Positions 52,735-64,000 of a stretch of 64,000 nt of DNA are shown here, in pieces. Numbering within the stretch: position 1 is the first letter of the stretch; every line of letters begins with the position of its first letter. Source of the DNA: Takakia lepidozioides (Eukaryota; Plantae; Bryophyta); the NCBI GenBank assembly GCA_030704615.1, contig CM060732.1, positions 23,684,001-23,748,000 on the forward strand, in the 5' to 3' direction. The notes below the pieces were generated by a model. That model did not search any database and was not told where the DNA came from. It was given only the letters and a program-made list of their open reading frames with translations. Made by a program: the position numbers and the translations under genes.

Positions 52735-53783
52735 GAGAGAGAAGACTCCGGCCAAAGCTGGTGTATCTAAGAGCCACTTCGCCTTACGTGGATGGCTTTA
52801 AAGCATTTGTGGATAGGGGGGATAGGGATTTTAAGATTGTCATGTAACGCGTTTATACTGGCGATATGAATCCCACCTCTAGTACCTGTTGTGATAACTG
52901 ATAAGGGGCCGGTGTGCCACCCACACTGGCGGATGGCGAGGATGAGGGGGGCATATTTTTGTCGTTTCTCTAGAATGGAGGGGGCTGGGTATCGGTCATT
53001 ACAGTATGTGAATTCAACAAAGTGAATGGTTAATTTGGGGAAGGGGAAGTAGGTAGGGGGGTGTTGATGGGTAAGCATTGGACAAGTAGGATATTCGGGC
53101 AGAGCCGAGAGGGACAGGTACAGGGTGAGTGATGACAACTACACGGAAGTATCCAGTGAATGATAGTGTGGTCAGGGGGTCAGCCTTGGTAGGTACCAGC
53201 ATTGATAAATAAGAACCATCTGGTTTCTGATCTGGACATGAGAAGTTTATGGATGTGCCAAACTGCGTGATTATGGCGAGTGACGCGGAGATCATGTATA
53301 ACAGGGTGAGTACATTGACTAAGGAGGTGGGGCCAGGTGTCACGCACTATATGTGTATGTGAGCATAATGGGCAGTTGGGGGATGGGAATAGGCGTGGCC
53401 AAAAGATGTGCTTGCGTTGGTGTCCTATGTATTGGGCGTAACGAAATCTGAGTGTTTGTCGGATTTGCGCGTCGGTGATAGTCTTGGTGTGTCAGAAGTA
53501 GTTTGACAATTTGTGATGAAGAACTGTAGATTGTGTCCATTTTTGGATATGGGCTTTGGTATGGCTGGTAGAGGTTGAGGCTTGTTTGTGTGCTTCGCGT
53601 GTAAGAGTGGATTTTAAGTTACGTATAGGTTTGGTAGTAGGGGGTCTTGGTACTGGGTGAATTAGCCAGAATGGATAGGGTCGACCGTGGGATCCAGTGG
53701 GGATTGGGCGGCCCCTACCTAGGCGAGGAGGTATGCGTTTTTGTTACCAGTGATACCAGTGTGGGAGCAAACTTTGAGAAAGT
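52735..53783 (-). mobile_element. Second 5'-truncated Dualen/RandI-like LINE, nested in the Helitron
   Basis: Homologous to 5081-6312: HFLKVCSHTGITGNKNAYLLA (RNase H) and LTIHFVEFTYCNDRYP..EKRQKYAPL (RLE), with the same GCCGGAGTCTTCTCTCT terminus. About 200 bp of 3' UTR is deleted. Confidence 0.78.
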
Positions 53784-54350
53784 GTAAGAGGTCCATGGCG
53801 ACATTGTCAGAGCTGCAATTGTACCACATGTCATTCTAAACAATACCCTCGTGGACATGTATGAAATGAACGAGATGTGGTGTCGTGGAACTCGATGCTT
53901 GCAGGGTATGCACAGCAGGGGCACTGGATGGAGGCTTTGGCACCAGATGTTGTGCTTGGCACACTATGTAAACCCAATAAGACCAGGGAGTAGTTGAGCA
54001 GCTCAGTCTCAACCCTTTCCTAGTGCCAACAAACTCTGACGTGGATTCACGCCAAGAAAGGTCTGGAAGCTGGAAAGCAGGTGCACACTCACAAGCATCG
54101 CAGGGTATGCACAGCAGGGACGTGGGATGGTGGATTTGGAGACCTATGATCAAGTTATGGGGGAAGGGGTGAAGCCCAACCACATCATGTTTTTGTGTTA
54201 TTGCAATGTTTGTGCAAGCCTGACAGCCCTGGAAAAGGTCAAAAGAGGTCTATGGTGACATTGTCAAAGCTGGAATTGTACCACATCTCATTCTGAACTC
54301 TGCCCTGGTGACATGTATGTCCAATGTGGGTGCATTGAGGATGCAAAGCA
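53784..54350 (+). pseudogene. Scrambled, duplicated PLS-class PPR fragments
   Basis: EVHGDIVRAAIVPHVILNNTLVDMY..ERDVVSWNSMLAGYAQQGH, and GVKPNHIMF..CASLTALEK..EVYGDIVKAGIVPHLILNSALV.MY..CGCIEDAK, with frameshifts. Confidence 0.85.
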
Positions 54351-55499
54351 AGGAACTTATGTGTACTCTGTTTATGTACTGGGTGTGGCAGGGAGGCTTT
54401 GGAGATTGTGAATGGGTGATGCGTGGTAGATGAACCTCATGTGTATTCTGATGCCTGTGCTAGTCTTTGAGCACTGAAAAAGTGGAAATGGATCTGTATG
54501 TATTTGTAAGCCTATACGTTCTGATGTGAGGTTCTCTGGTTTTATGACAGGAACAAAACAATTGTGAGCAGGAAGTGAAGGGGTAATCAAATGATGCTTC
54601 CAGGTACATTTTCTATTATGCATTTACGGCAAGAGAAAATATCTTTGTTGTACAGTCAGATTTCATTGATTCTGGTCCTTTAGGTCAACACCTAATCCTT
54701 GCATAGTAGGTCCCTAGATTACTGGCCAAGAAGTGGCAGTAAGTTTCTCTGTGCTGGGGACTAGTGAATTTAGATGTGATCCAAGCTTAGAATTACCACC
54801 TGTGTTGTGACGTCTATCTCTTTCACTAATGGGCTATTTGGAAGCAGTAGCTAGGACTCAAAAGCATAGCATTTGCCTCCTACCATAGCCATGGTTGTCC
54901 ACTGCCTCTTGAAAGCTCTTCTGGCTGCATCATGCTCTACTTCTACCGACATGTCTGCTAGATAGACGGTTGGACCACCAAAAGAAAGCTGGTCGGGAGA
55001 TACTGGTGGGTCCACAGCCAGCCCAAATTTCTGACAGTGCACCACACTCATATCTTCGTATGAGAGGATCTCGAAACTATCCTGAAAGCTCATTCCTGAG
55101 CTCGTATAGATTTCTGCAAGCTTTTCATACACATGAGCAGTGGCAGTAGTACTCATGCCACTCTGAAGGTGTTAAGATTGATTATATCAATATCAATATC
55201 ATATCAATTTTATCATCAATTTTATCATTATCATTATCATTATCAATATTATTATCAACATCAGTATCGCTATCATTATCAAGACAAATGATTTTGATCA
55301 AAAACGTTTATTTTTATCAAGCCGGATTTTTAACAAGGATAATTATTTTTATCAAGACACGAGTTTTATCAAAAACAACTATTTTCATTAAAATTTCATA
55401 TAAACCTGAACAGTCATTATTTATTTTATCAAAACGCTAATGTCATGTCCACCGTGAATATAATTATTTATTTATAAATCATATTTTCAGATGTGTATA

Positions 55500-58400
55500 G
55501 TTCTAAATTAAAATAGAAAAAGAAATTACTAATGCTAAGAGACGGGCAAAGTATGCTTTAAATAAAGAGAAATTATATGATGGGTGACGGAAAAGATGTA
55601 AATCTCAACCGACTCCCGATTTAGACATAAAAAATGCTAAACGAAGGGAAAAATACAAATTGGAACATCCACCACAAACCACACAAACAGATCCAGACGA
55701 AACAAATGCTAAACGCAGGGAAAAATTCAGAATCGAAAATCCACCACAAACTATGAAAATAAATCCACACGAAACAAATGCTAAACACAGGGAAAAATTC
55801 AGAATCAAAAATCCACCACAAACCACCGAAAATAGATCAAGACAAGACAAATGCTAAACGTAGGGAAAAATTCAGAATCAAAAATCCACCACAAACCACC
55901 GAAATAGATCAAGACGAGACAAATGCTAAACGCAGGGAAAATTTCAGAATTGAAAATCAACCACAAACCACGAAAATAGATCCAAACAAAACAAATGTTA
56001 AACGACGGGGAAAATACAAATTCGAACATCCACCACAAATCACAGAAATAAATCCAGACGAAACAAATGCGAAACGAAGGGCAAAATATGCATTCCAAAA
56101 AAACCAAGATCCATTGATCAAAAATAAAATATGTGCTGCACAAATTCAGAAATATATTACAAACGAAAATGAAGAAAAAGAAAAACTCAAAAGAAAAAGA
56201 GAGCAAATGTATTGCACTCTTGCAAAAAAACCAAAGAACGATCATGAGTTCCCACCAGAAATATGCCTGGAGAATAACTTGTTTTGTTTATCCAACTTCA
56301 ACGAATACATTAGTAATGCGACTTTCACAAATCTGTATTGTTGTGTTTGCAGCAGAGACATAGCAACCTCTAACATGTTGAAATGGAGAATCGATGAATT
56401 ACACAGCAAGATCTTAAAACACATGAAAAAATGGCTCAGCCTACAAGTAGAAAACCACTTCGAAGAACATATTCTTCTACAGGAGGTTCCCCAAGAATTG
56501 ATCAATGACACAAAACATCAGCTGGATGAATTAAATGGGTTGTTATTGGACAAACGAGGAGTATCAAATATTGCACGTACCATCTTCAATTGTAAAAACT
56601 GCAGTTTCATCTTGAAAAGAACAAGTTGCCAAAGTTTACACTCGCACGGTTTGTGGATCGGAAAAGTTCACGACATTTTGCCAAATTAACCATGGTTGAA
56701 GAAGCGTTAATAGCAAGATACCGTTGTCGTGTGATGTTGTTCAAATTACGATATGTAAATAAGGGCGGAAATGGACAACGCGCATTGAGAGGAAATTTGA
56801 TGAGTTTTGCTCAAAATCCAGGTCGTGCGGTCGAATTGCTGAACAAATTGCCACCACCCTTAGTTTCATTATCCGATATTATCGCCGTCCACTTCGTCGA
56901 CACTTCACATCCACCCGCTAACATCGTGAAAACATATAATTTGCTATACGTACGTAGACTTGCAGTGACGACATGGTTAACATGGCTGAAAAATAATCAC
57001 ACGGGTTACAAGGACATTCAAATTGATAACGACATAGGACTACCAGAGAACGATATTCCATCATCAATCTTGAGATCGGTGTTTGAATCCACGGACATTG
57101 ACTTCGCCAACGCTGAACATCGTACCAACATAACGGATTTACACAACAAAAAAACACCAATAAACAAAGATGACGATACGATCCAGCCCGTCATAGACAC
57201 GTTTGGACTCATCGATTTTGACGGAATCGACATAAAACACGACGACCTAATCTCCAACGCTTTAAATGGATTACAACTACAACAAAACATGTACCTGTCA
57301 TACACGCATGAAACCGAAATGGTGAATGAATACGTAAACCCAAAACTGATCGCGTGCATGTTTCCAACGTTATTTCCGTTTGGAATTGGCGTAACCGAAA
57401 TGAAAAACCGTCAAAATAAAGTAACTTTGGAGGCCCACGTTGAGTATTTGATGAGTCTGACTGATATCCATCACGACTTTTGGAAACACCACATGTTTCC
57501 ATTCTTCATGTTCAATTTGATGCAACATAGACAAATATGCCTAGGCGCAAAATTGACAGTGTCGAGATCGGCATTTCAAAGTGAAGCACAACTCCTTAAC
57601 AATATCCGTTCAGAAGACTTCAACGACATAATAGACGACGTGAAAACAATAAACAACAAACCGAAAATATAAAAGTTATTGCGACACTTGAAAGTATCAA
57701 GTATACACGTGATGGCATCTGGAAGCAGTCGCGCAACACAGAGAAACGAAATATTCAGCATGATACAGCAGTTGGGAACACCAAATTTATTCTTCACTTT
57801 GAATCCAACATTCGTACATCATCCTCTAGTGTCCCTACTAAGTGGGAACGACATCAATCTTGACATTTTTTTCGATAACAACCTCCCGGACCACAATAAA
57901 AGACGTGCAATTGCCACTACGAATCCGAGATCTCAAGCTAAATTTGTACACATCATCGTGAATGCAATTTTTAAATACCTACTCCGTGTCAGAGAGACTG
58001 CCAAAACTACCATAACAAATACGGGAGTACTTGGAAACATAAACGCATATTACGGTTGTTACGAAACCGCGAAAAATGGTTCACTTCACATACACACATT
58101 GTTGTGGCTAGAAAATGTCCCAAATCCAAACAACCTCGTACAGAAATTGAAAGACGACGAAGAATTCAAATGTAAAATGTTGGCATATTTGGACAACATC
58201 ATAGTATGCGACTTGATCCAATTCAAATCCAAAATACCAGTCGACGACGATATTCCAGCCACTACCATTGACTCTGAGAACGAAGAAAACAATGTAAACA
58301 CCGAAATTCATCCGTGCACTACTAGACCTCCCGATGTTCACTCTAAAAAATTTCATGCTCACTTTGCGCGCGACGTTTCAAAACTGCTGAATGTATGCAA

Positions 58401-59500
58401 TCGTTACGTCTGCAATCCCTCGTGCTACAAAACCAACAAAGACGTTTTCAAAAAGAATTGTAGATACAGATTTCCCGCTGTCTTAGTTGAAGAAACACAT
58501 TTCGACGACGAAACCGGGCTGTTGCATATAAAACGAACCGACGGATGGTTGAACAACGCAAATCCATGGATGTTAGTATCAGGAAGATGCAACCACGATT
58601 TGAAATTCATCGGTGCTTCAGGGAAACGCAAAGGCTCTGATATACTACATCACGGATTACATCACAAAATCTTCCGTCTACACATCACACATGTATTCGC
58701 TCTTGCAAATAGCCGTAAAAAAAATCAAAACGACTTATGACGATCTATATTCCGAATATTCAGTTGAGAAAAGCCGCAAATTGTTGATTCGATGTTTAAA
58801 CATGATCGGATCGCAACAAGAGATCTCAGCAACAAGGGCAGTCAGTTACCTTATGAAATATCCAGACCATTTGACAGTCCACCAGTTTGCATATTTGCCG
58901 TGATATAGTTTATCGGCATGGATTCGCGAACAAGAAAAATCTCAATCGAACGAAGATGGAAACAACGATCTGAACAGCACACCTGACGATAACGACCCCG
59001 AAAACACCTTCGAAACATTCAAAATTGAGAGATCCAAACATAATGACAAGTTGATTATGTATAATTTTCGTATCGACTACCAAAGCAGACCACACAAGTT
59101 CGGGGAAATGTCACCTTACGAGTTCTGCAGTAAATTGTGCAAGGTAAAAAGCCCGTACTACTACAAATTCATGCATGAACATCTGCAAAGTGACACCCAC
59201 AGTGTATATGAATCTCAAGTAACCAAAGTGCCGGTAATGCAAGGCTACAAAATACCATCGAAAAAAAATGATGCGGCAACGTACGCTCACGCTATTTGTA
59301 TTCTGTTCATGCCATGGAGATATATCCACGACTTAAAGCCAAGATCACAACAAAGTTGGGAAGACACTCTTGACGAACTATATCCAACATGTTCGGAATT
59401 CAACAGAAAAATCATCGCAAATATCAACATGCTACATGAATGCAAAGAATCACGAGACTCCGACAGACTGTTACTGAAGAACGAAAATCCAGACGACGAT
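55500..59500 (+). pseudogene. Helitron Rep region (zinc-finger-like, DUF6570-like, Helitron_like_N, HUH-Y2), frameshifted
   Basis: LTMVEEALIARYR..QRALRGNLMSFAQN, MFPTLFPFGIG, GTPNLFFTLNP, HUH GSLHIHTLLWL, CRYRFP, RCNHDLKFI and Y2 motif ALIYYITDYITK. Confidence 0.92.
55630..56100 (+). repeat. 72-bp (24-aa) coding tandem repeat, ~7 units, at the RepHel N-terminus
   Basis: Repeated NAKRREKFRIKNPPQTTEIDQDET-like units. Confidence 0.9.
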
Positions 59501-59909
59501 GAGAACCCAAAAGACATCAACATCGATCCCTTATACAATGAGATGCTAGACGAAATGCACGAAGACGATGACAACGATATATATGTAGACGAGAATTCGG
59601 CGTCGCAACATATAGAAGACATAGTCACAAATGGCCAGAAGTTACAAATCGAATATTTTATGTGCAATACAAGCGAAAACAATTACGTGGCCAATATTAT
59701 CAACAAGCTCGTTACGGATGCCAACGGGAAAATATCACCACGACCCCATACCGCACCAAAAATAAGAATGGTCCAAACTGCATCCAAAAAATCAAAGAGA
59801 ACCCAAATCAATAAATGGTTGAAAACATTACGCGAATCCAAAAATCCGCCCGCTGGCATTGACAACGGACTGTACGAGTCCGCAAATGCAACTACAACCA
59901 TAAGTCCAA

Positions 59910-60240
59910 TGGGCTTAGAGGTAGAGGACGCGTCCGGTGGTTGCTATGTTGCAACCTCTCGAGCTATGGGTGAGCAACGCAGAGTGCGGAATACACTTCC
60001 CTTGCTGGTCTCTCTGCCTACCGAGACGGTACAGGTAGTGAGTGGGGGCAAGCATGTGAGGACCATGGGGTGCATGCATCCATGGCACACGTGGGAGGTG
60101 CTTGAGGTTCAGAGGGAGTTGGCAGCCAAGGCGGCGGTGATGGATGAGTTTGGGGATTTTTCTCGGGTTGAGGAAGTCCTCGAGGATGAGATGATGGGGC
60201 AGGATGAGGCCTTGTCATTGACTGAGCAGGCAGGGAGTCA
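59910..60240. mobile_element. 331-bp TG...CA insertion with a 5-bp TSD (solo-LTR-like)
   Basis: G-rich segment inside the A/C-rich Helitron ORF, flanked by TCCAA at 59905-59909 and 60241-60245. Confidence 0.7.
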
Positions 60241-60485
60241 TCCAAAAATAATAACCTTCACCACAAAAATCCAGAATTGAGGGAAATTCCAAAAAACGAA
60301 CCAAGGGACATCCCAGATGACGACAATTACGATGTAGATCCCGATATCGTGCACAATGCAGATCAACATCAAATAGCTAAATATTTTTTCATGAAAAAAT
60401 ACAAGCTCAACACTTCGCATGAATCAGCATTTGAACGTTTCATAGACCCACAAAATCACCATCTCGATGTAAGGAACAAACGTTA

Positions 60486-61880
60486 ATGTACGTGGGAGGT
60501 GCTGCCAAAACGGGAAAGACCGAAATAATTAAAGCAATGCAAACGTACTTCATAAAAACCAAGAGACCAAAAATCTTGAAAATCGGTGCTTACACAGCCA
60601 ACGCCGCAACCCTCATACGGGGATCAACCATCCACGCTCTATTGGGATTCAAAATCAGCCAGAACATCAATGAATACACAAAAAATTTCATAAACGAATG
60701 GTCGGGAACTGAATATTTGATTATAGACGAAGTATCTATGGTCGGATGCAACATGATCGCCGATATTCATCTGAAATTACAAAAATTCAAATCAAACATG
60801 TTACCCTTTGGAGGACTCAACATAATATTCATGGGCGATTTCATGCAGTTCCCACCAGTCACCGACGCGCCTCTCTACTCAACGAACATACATCCCATAT
60901 TCACATTCACAAAATACACAGAGAAAAAAATTATAGGCAAAAGTCTATGGGAAAATTACATACGCCCTAACACAATCATATTGACCCAGCAAATGAGACA
61001 AGCCCACGATGTACAATATGTGAAATTGCTACCAAATCTATGCGAAGACAACTTCACCCAAACGGATTTCGAATTATTACATACAAGATTCATGTCAAAC
61101 CTGAAAGTCAACCTGCTCAACGAACCCTGGGATAAAGCAACGTACATTGTACCTCGTAACCAGTTAAAAAACGTCAACAATCACCAAATGATAAAATATT
61201 ACAGACGTAAATCTAACCACGCGTCCTACACCATAGTAGCCACAGACACCTACAAGAAATACACACTCCGCGACAAGATCCAATTCGCAATCTGACAGAC
61301 TGAACCTGGGAATAGAAACCACAACCTTCTTCCATTTTTTAGATTGTACAAAGGAATGACAGTCATGCTTACCGACAATTTGTATCCTAGATTGGGGCTT
61401 GTAAACGGTGCAGTCAGACAAATAGTGGGGATCTCAACAACAGACGACGATTGGATCGTACGGGAAGATAACTTAATGCACCCGCCACATCACGTACTAA
61501 TCGACTTCAACAAATTCATGAGTCAACAGCAAACATTGAGCAACGTAAATTTAGAAAATCTCCCAGAAAACGTAGTGCCGATTACACCCGTTTCAAGAAC
61601 GTTCGATTATCTCCACACGGAGGATGAACAAAAAAAACCAAAGAAATTCAAAATCAGCAGACACCAATTGCCTCTGATACCCGCCTATTGCCTAACCGAC
61701 TACAAAGGCCAAGGCAAAACTTTCGACAGAATAGTCATCGACTTACAAAAATCACCAGATGGACACCCCTTCAACATGCACAACATCTACGTCACACTGT
61801 CTCGTTTGCGTTCCCTACAAGGACTAGTAATACTTCGAGAAATCAAGTTCGAAGACATCCAGGCAGCCAAATTCAAGACA
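60486..61880 (+). pseudogene. PIF1-family SF1B helicase of the Helitron
   Basis: GGAAKTGKT, IIDEVSMV, GDFMQFPPV, LTQQMRQ, GLVNG, RHQLPLIPAYCLTDYKGQGKT and YVTLSRLRSLQGL. Confidence 0.93.
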
Positions 61881-62199
61881 TGCTCACTGCAGTTCATGGC
61901 TCCACAAACCGATTGTAATGTCCAAGAACAAAAATCATACAAGACCACGGAACACATCAGCACGGTGAATACCAACCCTGCCATCAAAACACCACATCCA
62001 CATCCAATCCAACCGAGACACGTATCCAAAAAAATACAAGTGACAACCGATTCTAAAGCCAAACATCCCACACCAATAGAACCAAATGAAAACCGAACTT
62101 GCTCAGAATTATCTCCCACACCAGTCAAAGTCATAGAAATCGACTCCGAAGACGAACAATCCAACACAGAACACGCAGATATACATCAAGAAACATATT

Positions 62200-62747
62200 G
62201 GCATGAAGATCTTCTATTGACGATGCACGACGAACAAATCTTGTTGGATGATAACGGATGGTTGTGTGACCAGCATTTGGCGGCCGGGATGCAAATACTA
62301 TTTGATCAGGAACTAGAAACAAAAAACTACCGGCAACATGCGTATTCGACTTTACTGGGGCAGAACGAAATACACCAAGAAATGTCTGCAGAACATGTTC
62401 GTGAACAACAACCATTGGATTTTAACCATGATAAACCCGAACGGAACGAAAATCATCAATGTACGGTGTTTGATTCCAGCATGCCCGCGGATAAGAAGTT
62501 ACCGAGCGAAATAGAACAACATCTAAAAAAATTAATCCCAGTCCCACAATTCAATTATTTCTATGCCGATGTCATGCAACAAAGTGACAGTTCATCATGT
62601 GGCGTATTTGCGATAGCTTATGCCACGGATATAGCATTCGGATTAGCTCCCGCAGATTCCCGATACGCAACATCGGCCATGAGAACCCACTTGAGAGATT
62701 GCATAAACGATCGAAGAATTGATCCATTTCCAAAACAACATTCATAA
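62200..62747 (+). pseudogene. Ulp1/C48 SUMO-protease-like domain fused to the helicase C-terminus
   Basis: GWLCDQHLAAGMQIL, catalytic His in NNNHWIL (shifted frame, CAT at 62413), VFDS and QQSDSSSCGVFAIAYA. Confidence 0.85.
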
Positions 62748-63150
62748 TATGAAGACCCGATATGACGTGACATTTGTTCTTATCGTTCCGCCTCAGTGTC
62801 TTGGTGCTTTGGAGTTGAATTTCTCGATTTTCTAGGTGGATTTTCTTTTTTTGGGCTGGGGGTATTCAATGTAAATGTTAACAGCACTTCCAAATATCAC
62901 TTCAATTTCGTAATAAACACATTTCAATTCACTAAAACTTCATAATAATATTGATTCTGATTTTTGTCTCTCGTCTATATTTTGAATAGTTGAAAATGTA
63001 GATATATTAAATTACTATTACCCATATTCCCTCGCCCTCATTTTAAAAGTGACCTTGAATTGAAGGGAGTGTATATAATAATTTTAGTCCAGATGCCAGT
63101 GGATCATTGGCGGGTTACGACTACTACGCCGCCTAAACAAACTACACATA

Positions 63151-63442
63151 CCGTACTTACCTAGCTTATTAGGCAATTATTAATTTAAAATAAGTGCGTA
63201 ATTAAATTTAGAACATTTTTGGAAAATGTGCCTAAAACTTGGAAAATTTTCTTGAGAAGTGCCTAATAGCCCGGAAATTCTGAAAAATACCAAAATTTCC
63301 AAATATGTGGAAACAATGCATAAATTATATTATTTAAAATCCAAAAAATAGAAAAATAAAAACAAAAAAACAACATACCATTTAAATTTTCATTTTATTA
63401 ATTATTATTGGTGGAAGTGCCTAATAAGCTAGGTAAGTATGG
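63151..63442. mobile_element. Tc1/mariner(pogo)-like MITE
   Basis: 25-bp TIR CCGTACTTACCTAGCTTATTAGGCA with one mismatch. TA lies at the left flank and AA at the right. Confidence 0.75.
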
Positions 63443-64000
63443 AAGTTTTTGGCTGTGTGAGGGATCTGATCATATCTAGGGATTTAATTTTAGTTGAAAC
63501 GAAAAAGAGGGAATATCGGAGTTCCCGGTCGGAGTTCTTATACGAGTCATCCGCCATGAGAACAATAACAATAACTTCTCTAACTCCTTGAATTGCTTAA
63601 AAACTTGTTGAATTGCTTAAACTGTCTAAAAACTTCTTAAACTGCTTTAAACCGTCATTTCTTGATGTCATTCCTTGAAGGTGGGAGTAGTGAACGCGCA
63701 GGGAGAGAGAGAGAGAGTAGTGAATAGACAAGGAAAGAGAGAGAGAAGTAAACAGGTGGGGAGGGGGAGTAGTCAACGCACGGGGGAGAGAGAGAGAAGT
63801 GAACGCACGGGAGAGAAAGATTGATTTGCGGGACTAGCGAAAGGCTTCAACCCCAGAGCTGCAGGCTTTAGGTTTTGGTGTGCAAATTGTCGCTCCAACT
63901 TCTGCATCGCATCACGGAATCAGGGTATGGACAAGCAAGGCACTCACTCTCACTCTTGCCAAAAGGTCACTGAGCCAGTAGCCTCTTCCAGTTGCTTATT

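Larger units (their letters stand above)
49864..63116 (+). mobile_element. Decayed autonomous Helitron2/Helentron-type rolling-circle transposon, ~13 kb
   Basis: RepHel coding region at 55.5-62.7 kb. The 3' end has AATTTTAGTCC followed by hairpin GCCAGTG-GAT-CATTGGC (63095-63111), with no CTRR terminus. A candidate degenerate 5' inverted repeat TTAGGACTTTATT lies at 49863; the 5' boundary is tentative. Confidence 0.7.

Overview
Repeat-rich eukaryotic DNA, most likely from a plant with flagellated sperm such as a moss or other bryophyte. This is inferred from GT-AG introns, a plant NDL gene, PLS-type PPR pieces, an FO-synthase fragment and a ciliary FAM183/CFAP144-like gene. Two apparently intact spliced host genes lie on the minus strand: NDL/NDRG (35090-30449) and FAM183/CFAP144-like (47034-~44995). 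A tandemly duplicated uncharacterised gene pair lies at 10.8-14.7 kb. The rest is mostly nested mobile DNA. The largest element is a decayed ~13 kb Helitron2/Helentron-type rolling-circle element (~49.9-63.1 kb) carrying an RPA1-like OB-fold gene, an OTU protease, a Rep-HUH/PIF1 helicase and a C-terminal Ulp1-type protease. Other elements are a four-unit head-to-tail non-autonomous Helitron array, RTEX and L1 LINE pieces, a tRNA-derived SINE, hAT, Harbinger and Tc1-like MITEs, CACTA ends and LTR remnants. There are also two Dualen/RandI-like LINE 3' ends (RNase H, CCHC finger, restriction-like endonuclease). Both are truncated at nearly the same point and each abuts antisense host-gene fragments (intron-containing FO synthase and LACS pieces; PPR). 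All identifications come from motif recognition by eye; no searches were run.
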